The notes under the pieces were generated by a model. That model saw nothing but the letters and a program-made list of their open reading frames with translations. It searched no databases and had not been told where the DNA came from. Shown here piece by piece: positions 39,330 through 51,899 of a stretch of DNA of 64,000 nt. A program made the translations under genes and the position numbers. Numbering within the stretch: position 1 is the stretch's first letter; each line of letters starts with the position of its first letter. The DNA is from Octopus sinensis (taxonomy: Eukaryota). The stretch spans positions 44,764,001 through 44,828,000 of the forward strand of contig NC_043010.1 of NCBI RefSeq assembly GCF_006345805.1. The letters are read 5' to 3'.

Positions 39330-40075
39330 AATAAATGTATCCATCACGCGTTTGGTTGATTGTTGATCATGTGCATCTTTATGAGTGCTCACTCCCATCA
39401 CCATGATGTTGACTGGATGTTTGATTTTTACCACACTCGGTACATGTTTTGGGACAAGGCAAGCCAACGGTTGTTCTGCGTGTTGAATATCTGATCCTGG
39501 CAGAAATTTTTCCCGTCTGAGAAAAACCAAAGCATGTTCGGCTGGAGGAGATGCTTGAGTTTGTTCAAAAGCTTCGTAGCACGGTCTTTCCTTTTGTCCT
39601 GGGATAAAAAACTGGCCCTTTCTTATCTTGTATGAGGAATACCGAATATCCTCATGCACTACCTACCTGATAAGCAATTCAGACACTCCCATGTCCCAGG
39701 CGATGAAGATGTCCGACTTGGAGGGATCACTGTCAATTATGCCTTGGATCTCACCAACAAATTCAGGAATTCTTTTCTTATCAGAACGATCAGAGTGAGT
39801 TTTCCGAGTTGCAGTACTTTTGTAATCACCATTAGACTTATCCAACTCTTTCCGAATCTTCTGCACTGTCCTCAGATTGATACCCAAACATTCTGAAATG
39901 TTCGTATTGGATCTTCCGGTGCGAATGCCAAGCAGTACAACATGTCATTTCCCAATTTCTGGCAGAGTGAATTGAGTCATGGTTCTGATTTTTTTCACAG
40001 ACTGTGTCCAACTGACCCATCTATGCTGTGTAGTTGACAAAATCCAAAACAAAGAAAGTGCATGCGAGAACTTAA
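39330..40075 (-). mobile_element. Tc1/mariner transposase 5' fragment (maT-like)
   Basis: HTH region RTVQKIRKEL..DMGVSE.LIR..MHEDIRYSSYK, then FSDEKNF..Q..N..NNRWLA and VKIKHPVNIMVMGV across frameshifts. Confidence 0.85.
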
Positions 40076-40136
40076 AAATATAAAATGGCGGCAATTTAGC
40101 CACACACACACACACACAAACGCACACACACACTCA

Positions 40137-40214
<78 letters not shown>

Positions 40215-40224
<10 letters not shown>

Positions 40225-40445
40225 TGTGTGTGTGTGTCTCACCATCGCTTGACAACCGCTATTGGTGTATTTACGTCTCTGTAACTTAGCTGTTCGGCAA
40301 AAGTAGAAGACTGAATAAGTACCAGGCTTTAAAAAAAATAGAAAATTAAAAAAATAAGTACTAGGATCGATTCATTCGACTAAATAATCTTCAACCTTCA
40401 AGGTTGTGTCCCAGCACGCCCGCAGTCTAACGAACGAAACAAGTA
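40215..40445 (+). mobile_element. SINE 3' half (8617 family, diverged)
   Basis: CGCTTGACAACC..CGGCAAAAG..AAGTACCAGGC..GTCCCAGCAC..CAGTC..GAAACAAG. Confidence 0.8.
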
Positions 40446-40589
40446 TAAGAATAAAAGAATCTTTATACTTTTACACAGATTAGATAATGTGGAGATAATT
40501 TAGCACTACCCGCAAGATTATTGCACACATCAGCAATCAGCTATATCTTAAAGGAAGCAAAGAGGAACAATAACTCACTTTCTGTTGAA

Positions 40590-41630
40590 TGTTTGGATCT
40601 TGACAGGGCGTATCCAAGCGTGCCTCGCCAGCCATAATGCTTTGGTGTACCACCAAGTACCAATAGAAGTAGTCAGACACATAATCTCCCAGATGGATTC
40701 ACTAACGATGAGGGTCACCGTGGGTAATTTCACCTCTAAATGGCAGTGATTGGAAAAAAGCATTATGCGGGGTGCATAATTTCTGTGACACTGTTTATGG
40801 CCGCTTTGAACCAACTGCTAGAAATGGGAGGGAAGTAGTCGAAAAGTCCCGAAACTGATAGAAGCATAAGATATCATTTTTGCAGGGCGTTCGTGGACGA
40901 CGCAACGGTTATGACATCATCAATTGAAGAGACGTGGTGAGTATTGAGCTAAGTGGATAAGGTGGTCACATGGCCATGCTTAAAGGGAAGTCTTGGAGCT
41001 TGAATATCCTTAAAACATAGCTGACAAATGACACTTTCAGCATTCAGGGCTCTAGGAATCCGACAATCCAAGAAAAAGGAGTCCGCTGCCTTGGTAAAAG
41101 TTACGACTATACAGTTAAGTATATTAGCAACTTTGAAGACGCCAAATCTCAACTAGCCAACTGGCTAAGGGTAGTTGATAAAAGCCAGCAACATGGAAGA
41201 TTTTTAAGTATGGTGCTTCCAGTATGGCATCATACCCAAACTGGAATGACCATTTTTGCTTCAAGACTTTTCCATGACTTGAATAAAGGAAATGGCAAGG
41301 CCATGCAGCAAGTTCGTGCGAAGGTGTTGCTCGTTCCCCCAAATTTCAGCTCAGTCAATCTGTGTAGCAAGACCTCTAAGCTCCGCCTACCCATTTCATC
41401 TGTGACGGAGGAATTCAAAGTCACAAAAGCAAGAGCAATTCCTACATTGTTTCTGTCTAAGGATGAGAAAATCAGACTCACCAGCTAGGCCATAAAGTAT
41501 GATTGAAAATGAAAACCCCAGGAAGAGATGAAGGAAGTAGTGACATTTGGAAACATCAGAAGATTGTTGGAGGAGTCGGTCAAGGACGGCTAAGACTTGG
41601 CAATTACAATATCAAGAGGTGGAGGAGCAC
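40590..41630 (+). mobile_element. HERO-like (R2/NeSL-group) non-LTR retrotransposon RT fragment
   Basis: Broken frames give LDL..AY.SVP, AFVDD, LLVPPNFSSVNLCSKTSKLRLPISSVTEEFKVTKARA and IVGGVGQGRLRLG. Confidence 0.7.
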
Positions 41631-41643
41631 CGATACCAGGGAC

Positions 41644-41702
<59 letters not shown>

Positions 41703-42094
41703 TTTTTAGAAATCCAATATGTAATATGCAAATATTAGAGAATTTCAAAATTTTTGTATGGAACTTCAAACTTTTGTAACTCAACGCTGCAACGATTTGT
41801 TAGAAACCAGTCCCTTCTTTATAAGAGGATTTCTTAGTAAAATGTAATGCAAATTGGCATTATTTGCAGACATATGTTTTGAGAGTCTTTGTTTTATGAC
41901 TGCTAAGCATATGTATTTTCAAGCTGCAATGACCTGTTGTTAGCTTGCTTCAGATCATATAAGCTTCGGTGGCTAACAAGAATTCATATATGATATAGTA
42001 TAATATAATATAATATAATATAATATAATATAATATAATATAATATAATATAATATAATATAACATAATATAATATAATATAATATATATCTAA

Positions 42095-42186
42095 GTGCAG
42101 GTGCGTCTGTGTGGTAAGAAACTTGTTTCCCAACCACATGGTTCCGGATTCAGTCCCACTACGTGGTACCTTGGGCAAGTGTCTTC
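42095..42186 (+). mobile_element. SINE head (8617 family), truncated
   Basis: GTGTGGTAAGAAACTTG..GGATTCAGTCCCAC..CCTTGGGCAAGTGTCTTC. Confidence 0.85.
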
Positions 42187-42900
42187 GAGGTCATAGATAG
42201 TGGAGGACCCGGTCTGTTGGTAGTTAGGCGTGGGGTCTGAGGGCAGAGGCCAATAGAAGTGGTGTCTTGAAGACGGCGGAGAGCTTTAGCCTTGTAGAGG
42301 CCTGCGTGTCACACCACCATGGCTCCACCCTTGTCAGCCGGTTTTATGATGATGTCTTTGCGGCGTCGGAGACATCGAAGGGTCGAGAGTTCGGCCGGGG
42401 AGATATTAAAATGTCGAGGACGCCTGCAAAAGTTAAACCACTTCACAACACTTCCACTGCTTGGAACTGGCCAGGAGCTGGCATCCAGTGGGATGGTCGG
42501 CGGCCCAGCTCGACCCATTTGATGCAGGTAGAGTGTTGTTGAATAGTGCATATAGCCTGACGCGGCGCACAAAGCTATGGATATTAGCACGGGTCTGAAA
42601 TTCGTTACTGGATGGAGTGAGGGGGATGAAGCGCAGATCCTTACTAAGAAGAGAGCGCTCCGCCTCAGACAGAGGAAGATCAGAAAGAATTGTAAGAGAG
42701 AGAGAGGGAGAGAGAGAGAAAAAGAGAAAGAGAGAGAGAGAGAACGAGAGCGAGAGAGAAAAATGAGAGAGAGAAAGAGAGAGAGAGAATGAAAGATTGA
42801 GAGAGAAAGAGAGAGAGAGAGAGAGAAAGAGAAAAAGATTTCTAAATTGTTATTTCTCTTGCATTGTCTTCGATTTTTGCAAGAATTTATGTTCATTAGT
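42187..42900 (-). mobile_element. Penelope-like element 5' coding fragment with in-frame (GA)n insertion
   Basis: FNISPAELSTLRCLRRRKDIIIKPADKGGAMVV followed by W..DLY..ALRRLQD...Y..L..DPT. Confidence 0.88.
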
Positions 42901-43060
42901 TAATTGATTTCAAAAAGAGACCGAAAGAATAGGTACAAAGCGTAAAGAAGTCTTGGGGTCGATTTGTTCGACTAAAACCCTTCAAGGTGGTGCCCCAGCA
43001 TGTCCGCAGTCAACGATGTGTATGTGTGTGTGTGTGCGTGTGTGTGTGTGTGTGTGTGTG

Positions 43061-43091
<31 letters not shown>

Positions 43092-43125
43092 TATTCACGT
43101 TTTGAACATTCGTAATGATACGTAC

Positions 43126-43320
43126 CTTTTTCACATAGCACGCACGACTGCCAGTTACATGTTAAAAGGCGAGGATCAAAGTATAGATGTGAAGGGCATA
43201 TCTTTTCGTGTGCGAAAGGACCGTCTTTTCGTGGAACACACTGAATATAAGCGTCGCATCGTACAGGATGTTGAAATATTCCTGATGTGGAATTGTCGTT
43301 CATAGATTTTCGGCAATATT
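43126..43320 (-). CDS. Exon of a second chitin-binding (CBM14/peritrophin-A) protein
   Basis: Pyrimidine-rich ..gtcaag|..|gtacgt, phase 1/1, 195 nt. xYCRKSMNDNSTSGIFQHPVRCDAYIQCVPRKDGPFAHEKICPSHLYFDPRLLTCNWQSCVLCEK. Confidence 0.85.
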
Positions 43321-43590
43321 CTTGACGAAATAGACAAAGAGAGAAGGTTTGTACATTAAAGATTTAGATTCGCTTGTACTATATTCATTACAAAAGGTCT
43401 GTTTACTCCCTCAAAGGATCCTCTTTAGCTGCAACTAGAGTACAGTTAGGTAAAAACAGCTTCTAATGCTAAAATACAAAGACGTTGCACACGTGAAATA
43501 ACAGACACATTTGATTGATTTTTATTACATAAACATACGAAAAGAAGCATTTGCTGCCCTGATATACTTTTCTCCAGATACGTGCGTGTG

Positions 43591-43670
<80 letters not shown>

Positions 43671-43687
43671 GTTAGTCTGTCTATCTA

Positions 43688-43739
<52 letters not shown>

Positions 43740-43743
43740 TATA

Positions 43744-43790
<47 letters not shown>

Positions 43791-43889
43791 TAGATAGATA
43801 GATATTTGAATGGATTGTTGACAGATCAGCTCCAAGTAAGTTGGCTTTTTTTGTATAGAAAAAACTGTTTGTTAAATCCTTAAAATCCT

Positions 43890-44045
43890 TTAAAATGTTT
43901 TAGCCCGAAGGCTGCGGCCATGCTGGGGCACCACCGCTGAATGAGCTACACTAGTTTGTGAATCCACCTCTGATACGTGGCACTTGATCAACAAGGGAGT
44001 TCGATGCTGCTGCCCGCATCCGCGTCTCCTGTCGTGAGGTTGAAA
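43890..44045 (-). mobile_element. CR1-type LINE extreme 3' end (subfamily related to 53845)
   Basis: GAGTTCGATGCTGCTGCCCGCATC matches 53972-53996; tail GGTGGTGCCCCAGCATGGCCGCAGCCTTCGGGCTAAAAC. Confidence 0.75.
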
Positions 44046-44362
44046 TATTTTTTTGTGAAAAAGGTGTTTAAAATCTTCAACTTTCAACCTAAATAAATCT
44101 TTTAATAGGAAATTCCTCCGGTTTTCTTTGCCACCCTCGAAACGAAAATGGTTAAATCAAAGCAGGAAGCCAGCATTCCTCTCATCGACTTCCCGCGGGA
44201 AGCTAAAAAGAAAGTTGTTTCGCTTGAACGGACAGAGAAGAACGCCAGTCTGGCCGTAGAAGCGTTTTGTGAGGAAGGGTTTCCAAGCTTTCCACTAGGA
44301 AAAAAAGCAAATAACAAAAAGCAAATAATTCACACACATACACACACACACAAACAGATAAA

Positions 44363-44623
44363 ATGACAGAAGACAAAAATGTAAAAAGACGTGGGAGTGG
44401 GAGCTACAGAGATGCTGCTGCTGCTGCTATTATTGATATTGACAGGTTGAAGAAGTTTGTTACTAAGACAGACAACATCGACTTCTACCACCACCACCAC
44501 CCCACCACCACCACCACCACCACCACCACCACCACCAGCACCACCACTACTACCACCACCACCACCACCACCACCACCACCACCAGCACCAGCACCACCA
44601 CCGCCGCCGCCGCCGCCACCACC

Positions 44624-44655
<32 letters not shown>

Positions 44656-45061
44656 CAACGACGACGACGACGAAACTATTGTAGCAAAGCCTACCACCGT
44701 CGCCTCTACTAAAGATGTTAACTCTGTCGCCAATACCAACACTACTACTACTACTACAACTTCTGCTGCTACTACTATCACCCTCTGCTACCGATCCCCC
44801 CCCCCCATCACCACTACTACCAGGGACAATAATAACAACAAGAACAAAACAAATTTTGCAGAGGCGTTGAAACAAAAAGAGAACTGTAGTAACTTCCCAA
44901 CACAAGAAATAAACCAAACCAAATCCATACTAACTAAACAGGGTTCAAATCTACATTTACACATCCCCAAAAACATAATAGAAAACACACACACACACAC
45001 AACCAATTGTATACAAAGTATTAAAGGCAGAAACCAAAAGGCCAGAACAAGCACCCCATAA
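44363..45061 (+). other. 232-codon ORF built around in-frame (ACC)/(GCC)/(AAC)/(GAC) tracts; coding status unknown
   Basis: ATG start and non-repetitive N-terminus MTEDKNVKRRGSGSYRDAAAAAIIDIDRLKKF; no recognisable domain. Confidence 0.2.
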
Positions 45062-45179
45062 ATCAATTGAAAATTGCCTGCGTCCTGTATGGGCTTACAA
45101 ATAGTATATAAATTGGTGGAATGTAGATTTGAACCCCTGTTTAGTTAGTAGGGATTTGGTTTGGTTTATTTCTTGTGTT
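44899..45179. repeat. ~60-bp near-perfect inverted repeat (44899-44957 / 45120-45179)
   Basis: One substitution and one 1-bp indel; 162-bp spacer. Confidence 0.9.
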
Positions 45180-45365
45180 CGACCCCAGGAATTATTCTCT
45201 GTAGGCCAAGTACTTATGCTATCGGTCTCTTTTGCCGAACCGCTAAGTTACGGTGACGTAAACACGCCACCATCGGTTGTCAAGCGATGTTGAGGGGGAC
45301 AAACACAGACAGAAGCATATACACACACACATACGTACATACATAGATACATACATATATATACA
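45180..45365 (-). mobile_element. SINE internal fragment (8617 family)
   Basis: CTATCGGTCTCTTTTGCCGAACCGCTAAG..GGTTGTCAAGCG..GACAAACACAGAC. Confidence 0.85.
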
Positions 45366-45374
45366 CATAATTAA

Positions 45375-45589
45375 GGGATTAACAAAAGTTGCTTCACCAC
45401 ATACCGAAATTTAGAAATAGCAGTCAAAACTACTAATTCTTCTACTACAATATATCTCCACAGACAGCAATACTCGTAACTCACATGGGCAAAAAGCAGA
45501 AAAAATAACGAAACTAACTAGCCTTTAGTTAATCATGTACGCGTTTCGAGATTAGAATTGTGTAAAAATTCATTTCCTTCGTCCCAGTT
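45375..45589 (-). mobile_element. PLE pLTR remnant with truncated HHR (45534-45585)
   Basis: Minus strand ..GGACGA..GAAUU..AAUUC..CUC-GAAACGCGUA^CAUG; homologous to 27310-27570. Confidence 0.65.
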
Positions 45590-47690
45590 TTGTGAGTCGA
45601 GGAGCTGTAACATTACTAAAGAAAGATCCAAACAAGGGGAACGTCATAGATAACTTCAGGCCCATCACTCTACTTAATGCAGATTTGAAAATTTTGACCA
45701 AAGTATTAGCAGGGAGGTTGGCGCTTGTCATCGAGAAACTGGTCGACAAGGTGCAAACATGCGCCGTGCCGGGCCGGAGCATCCATGCGCTACATCATTG
45801 ACAGGGTAGTTAAGGAACCTGGTATGGGAGGGGGCGCTGATCAATTTGGATCAATCAAAAGCTTTCGATAGGGTCGACCATTGATACTTAGAGGCTGTAT
45901 TCGTAGAGGATGGATTCGGTCCTGTTTTCCACGGTTGGATTGCTGCCTTATACAGCGGCATCTGTCCAGTAGTTCGCGCGAATGGGCATCTATCCAGACC
46001 ATTTGATATTGCACGTTCGGTCCGTCAGGGATGCCCCCTCTCGTCGCTTTTGTACGTATTGACTCCAGAGCCACTACTGCGTAAGCTGGTGACGCTGAGA
46101 GGCATCCCGCGAGAATTGCGATGTGGGACGAGCGTGCCTGCGAACGCAGACGACGTCACCGTCATAGTGTCTAGCTACGGCCATATCGATCAGGTCGGCG
46201 AGAGACTAAAAGAATACAAAGCTGTAACGGGAGCGAAAATTAACCAGGAAAACTCAGTGGGCTTGCGGCTCACAACCTGGAGAAGGAAGCCTATGCCGCC
46301 CAACACCGTCTTTGCCTTTGGACGCTGGACCGATTAAATTGCTCGGGGTCTGGTTCGGTCCGGACCTCCAAATGGAGAAGAACTGGAACGAGAGAACGAG
46401 TAGGGTGGCAACTCTTACCCAGTAATGGGCCGAGAGGAAGCTATCCCTAAAAGGTTGGGCGGAGGTGGCGAACGTGTACATCGCGTCCGTCATCTGGTAC
46501 CGCTTGACCGTCGTGCCTGGTCTCGGTCCTACCATAACCAAACTGGAAAACATCCTCCTTCGTTTCTTGTGGAAAGGGTGTGTTACGATGTTCAGGTGAT
46601 CCGTTTGCTCTCAATCCCCGTTAAAAAGAGGCCTGGGCATGCTGTGGCAATGATGCGCAGACATGCGCTGAGACTGCAACATCTCCGGCGCTTCATAGAC
46701 AACGGTGAACAGGTGTGTTCACCGTTTGTGAGGCGCGCTTTCCTGCAGCTCGTCTCTTTGACCGAACTGCAATCGTGGATTAAAAAGGGACCGAGGAAAG
46801 GCGAATGGTATCGCGAGTGTCGCGTTGCCCTCAGGTAACTCTGCCGTTCCGGATCGATCTTGCAAGACTGCAATACCACTAAAGCATTCTAAAGAGGATT
46901 AGTGGAGGGGAGGTATGACAACGATCTTAGGGAGAACCTGGGCGTCGACGAGGAATACCTGACCCGCCTGTTCAGGACAACTTTCGGACCGGGATCTATA
47001 GACAACTTCTAGAGACCCCTGGCCTGGCAGTGCTATCGAGAAGCACTTACCCGTTCGAGATAAGCTCTACAGCCATGGCTCTAGAAACACCGGGCCGATC
47101 TGCCCGAAATGCGGTAAGAGCAACGAAACCGTTCTGCACGCACTCATGCAGTGTCAAACCATTTCCGACCTGTGGGCTTATGTCGAACAACTGTTGTCGC
47201 GTATGGGACGAGTTGGTCCCATCAGCAGAGTCTATCCTTAATATTGCTCCTGCCTCCTTCCTTCAAAAGGGAAGGAAGAGCTGTTTTCATTGTACTAGTA
47301 GCTATGGCGAAAGAATGTGCATGGTGGACGCGTCTTAAAGGCCTAGAAACAAACACTTTCCTCTCTGGTCAATCACTTATCAACTTTTTCAAGTATCACT
47401 TGAAAAGGAAGGTGAGAGTACAGAGGGAAGTGTAGTCTAGTGAATGTTTCACCAAAATATGGATGAATTTAGCAAGGATGGCACGTGTGAATGACGGAGC
47501 CAACTCGAGCATAATCCTATGAACCAGAGAGAAAGAGTAGGGTGACCACTTTTACCCAGCAATAGGCCGAGAAAAAGCTACCCCTAAAAGGTTGACCGTC
47601 CGGCATCAAACTTGTGCGACTTCAATTCCACGAAGGCGTTCTATAGAGGATTAGTGGAAGGGAGGTGCGATGACGTTCTTGCAACCATAC
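45590..47690 (+). mobile_element. Tx1/L1-clade LINE RT-to-3' fragment, decayed
   Basis: NFRPITLLNADLKILTKVLAGRL, DQSKAFDRVDH, VRQGCPLS, ADDVTV and a C-terminal CPxC..ETVLHAL..C knuckle. Confidence 0.9.
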
Positions 47691-48127
47691 TCCCCTCTCC
47701 CCGGAACCGACTATTACATCTGTTTACTGGTAACAGACAATAAGTATTACTATTTAGGAAGTGCAGAAGTCAACATCCCTCCGTATCCTAAAGAACTACA
47801 AGGGTCTGATACGCAGATATGAAACAATCTAAATAAAAATAGCAAGTCAGAGCATAGTCGTGTTTACAATACACGCACGCACACACGTGCGCGCGTGCAC
47901 ACGCTGAAGGTTTGATTTGGTGAAGAGAACTACGACAGGAAAACCATGGGGAAGGTAAAATTTCCAGTATTTATTGCTAATGGTGCGAATGAATTGCTTT
48001 CGCTGTGTATCGTTCTTGTATTTTTATTAATTTATTTTGTTAGAAAAAAATAACGAGCGTTTGCTTATGGCCTTCAGAAACCCTGAAAAACTGTTGAGAT
48101 TGAGCCATTAACGTTAACGTTCTACAT

Positions 48128-48466
48128 CAGTGGTTTTCAACCGAGGTCCGTATGATCCCTGAAGTCCATATAAGAGTTTTAGGGGCCCATAGAAACAAGA
48201 TAGTAAATTTAGGACTGACAATAATTTATCAAGGGTTCATAAAAAAATTCTGACTGAGATTCATGTATTGTAAGAAAAAAACTGGATTTCTTTGTCTAAC
48301 ATTTTACACAGTTCAGCCTACACAAGTTAATATGTGAAAAACAAAACAGGAATTTTGAAAAAAATTCTATATAACTAGTTTTTATACATCGAATGGCTAT
48401 GGGGGTCCACTAGAATAAAATAATAATCAAAGAGGTTCATAGATAAAAAATGTTTGAGAATACTTG
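48128..48466. mobile_element. hAT-type MITE
   Basis: CAGTGGTTTTCAACC ... GTTTGAGAATACTTG; flanks TTCTACAT / TTCTATAT (7/8 TSD). Confidence 0.78.
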
Positions 48467-48736
48467 TTCTATATAGATTGTCGTATGTTGACGATTGGAG
48501 GAAGGTAACGTACTAGGTGGAAATTCTAGGGTGTCGGTATTTTAGTAAGGAAAATCTGAGTATATTGGTTAGTGCAGTGCATAGAGAGCTACTCAAGTTA
48601 TGCATGGAAAGAGGAGAGGGGAAGGTGATGGGGAGGAGGAGGAGAGGAGGAGAGAAAATGGAGTGGAAAGAGGTGGCATGAGAGCAGCGATCTCCGTGGT
48701 ATTTAAAGCCTTGGGATCAGGCTCGAACTCTGATGT

Positions 48737-48821
<85 letters not shown>

Positions 48822-49008
48822 ACAAAATAAGAAAATGGAGGAATAGATTTCTTTCAATCATCAACTACCAGATAATACCAATTCATATAATTTATTAACT
48901 AATTATTTAGATTAAATAAGAACATCCAAATCCAACAGAATAATACAGAATAAAACAATATACATCAATAAGTAAGATAATACCATAAGAATAATACATA
49001 TAAAATGG

Positions 49009-49138
49009 ATCTTACAGCTGTTTCAGCCTGTAGATAAGAGTATCTCATTATGCCCATATTAGTCAGATGTATTGAGGTAATATGCAGCTAAAAATGACTT
49101 ACTTATATATATATATATCTCAAGGCCTCGTCAGAGAT
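49009..49138 (-). ncRNA. Type I HHR with intact core and 103-nt helix II domain
   Basis: AUCU-CUGACGA-GGCCU..AGGCU-GAAAC-AGCU-GUA^-AGAU; helix III is palindromic ACAGCUGU. Confidence 0.82.
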
Positions 49139-49426
49139 TATAAAGTACAATTATAAAGATATAAAATGAAGATATAAAATGCAAATATGAATATTAAAGA
49201 AGGTACACATATACAAGAATATGCATATATACATATATACATATACATATAAGTGTATATACACCTACATATACATATATATAAGTATATACATAATAAT
49301 ATACATACACATAAGGTTACAGTTAAGCAGATCTATATACTAGAATACACATATATATATATCCACATCAAAGTGTACATATACAAAGTCCAAAGTTCAT
49401 TATATTACATTACTAAAAACTATTAA

Positions 49427-49499
<73 letters not shown>

Positions 49500-50101
49500 A
49501 CCAATAAAGGAATATGTGCATTCTGCTATTCACAATACATAGTAGATGGAAAATACCACATAAAATATAGTATGATATAATACAGTGTAACACAACATAA
49601 TAAAATATAATATATTATATTACATATTAAATATACAATATATAATATAGTATAACCTAATATATAGACAGATGCATATGGGGGATGCCAGTAAATTAAT
49701 TAATTCAATATAATAAAATAATGCAAAACAATATACAATGTCATTATATTCATACATCATACAGCGAAAATCGAAACTTTAGTCTAAATCTATATACATA
49801 TATATACACACAGGTACCAAATACATGCCCATGCATATACATACATGCGCAAAAAGCATCCATTAATACATATACACATATAAAGGGATATTATCCTTTT
49901 ACATCATACAAAAATTATATATGCATGTACATACATATAGTTCGCTGATCAATAGGTGAGTGATAGGTCTTAACGGGCTGATAGATTATTTACAATTGTC
50001 TTAGTTACGCTTGGTTGGTTAAAATACACATACGTACATACATACACATATGCGCACATACACACGTACACATAGATAAACACAAGCACATAAATACACA
50101 C

Positions 50102-50132
<31 letters not shown>

Positions 50133-51114
50133 CATACATACATACGTATATATCCATATACAAACATATATACACATATACACATACCTATAAACACCCA
50201 CTTACACATATATGTATATATATACATACACATACATACTAATAACTTAAAAAATAGTATTATAAACCATTAAAGTGAAAATTATGCTAATTCTTAATAC
50301 GTAGAAAAAGGCCTGAAAGGGTAATTCCTAATGTATAAAATAATGGCCTAAAAGGGTAAAAAACGTTAGGATTAATATTTGGCAAAGGTTGGAAAATATT
50401 CAGACAAAGCTTTCGAAAGAAATAGAAACCAAGCAAACACATTTGACAATATTTAAGGTATAGAAAAAGGAAGTGATTTACGGAAGATACAGAAATCAAA
50501 ATTCACCGTGTTAATAAACCGTTACAGTAATGCGAATCCAAACTTTCAGCTTAATCTCTCCATTTAAACTCGTTGTAAAAGTTAATTTGTATAAAATACC
50601 GTAATAAAAATAATATATTAAGTATCTGACCATATATCACATACAAACATATATATACATATATACATACAAACATACGCAGACATACATACATGCACAA
50701 TCATAAGTACAGATATATATGCACGCCTACAAATGCACATACACATACATTCGTGCATACACATACACAAATGTACACATATACATATATATGTTATAAT
50801 AAATTATAAATTATAAATAATAAATTATCCAGTGCCAGTAAATAAAAAAGTACAAAAATAAAAAAAGTACAAATAAGTACAAATATACATAAAAAGAACT
50901 TAATATTGAAGACCACCTAATGGATTCATAGAAAGACCTACACGAAAAATAGATATACGTACACACTTACATATACCCCCATATGTATGTATACACACGT
51001 ACCATGTGTTTAATATAGACCCAAACAAAGTACAGATCAATACACCGAAGTCCCAAACTAAATGCATATGATATGGTGTACGTATACATGCGAGACCAGT
51101 AGAAAATTCGATGT

Positions 51115-51158
<44 letters not shown>

Positions 51159-51356
51159 AATATACAGATATATTCAAAAACAAAACAAAACAAGACACTT
51201 ACACATAGAAATATAAATTAGAATGCCCATGATTAATGGCAGAATTATTATTCCTAGATAAAAACAGTAATAATTCTATAACAGCTATTTAGGTAATTTA
51301 AAATTACTCATTTAAAACTAAGTGCTATTTAAATCTAGAGAAAGTATACGCTAGCC

Positions 51357-51832
51357 TATGAAGGCGAGTGTGAGTATATGCACTCATATGTGTATGTATA
51401 TGTTGTATTATGGGTATGCACCCACACCCATGTGGGTATATATGTAGACTGATTTATATTACATAATCTCCGAAGAGGCCTTATGATATTTTTGTAAATG
51501 TCTCATTTATATATATATATTGACCAACCATAAAGGGCTAATATTGGTAAAATGAGACATACTTATCTACATGGCCGAAACAGGTGTAAGATGTAATCTA
51601 TACTTATATTTATATTTACTTATATTTATATTCTCTTTTATATATATTCTACTTATTATACATTATTCTTTTATGTACACTTTTTTATGTACATTCCTTT
51701 ATGTACACTGATTTGTTCTGCTTTTTATATTTAACCCTACAGTCTCTTATGTGGTGGTTTAATAAAGTATGTGATTGAGTATTATCTGGTAATTGATATT
51801 TGGTTTAGATTTATTTCTCCATTTTCTTATCT

Positions 51833-51835
<3 letters not shown>
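51357..51835 (+). repeat. PLE pLTR-like repeat (inverted copy of 13953-14428)
   Basis: See 13953. The upstream 51240-51360 may encode a decayed PLE C-terminus (ELLFLDKNSNN..FKTKC). Confidence 0.88.
51466..51592 (+). ncRNA. Type I HHR variant (CCGAAGA core) with 100-nt helix II domain
   Basis: AUCU-CCGAAGA-GGCC..AUGUCUCAUUU/AAAUGAGACAU (11-bp inner helix)..GGCC-GAAAC-AGGU-GUA^-AGAU. Confidence 0.78.
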
Positions 51836-51894
<59 letters not shown>

Positions 51895-51899
<5 letters not shown>

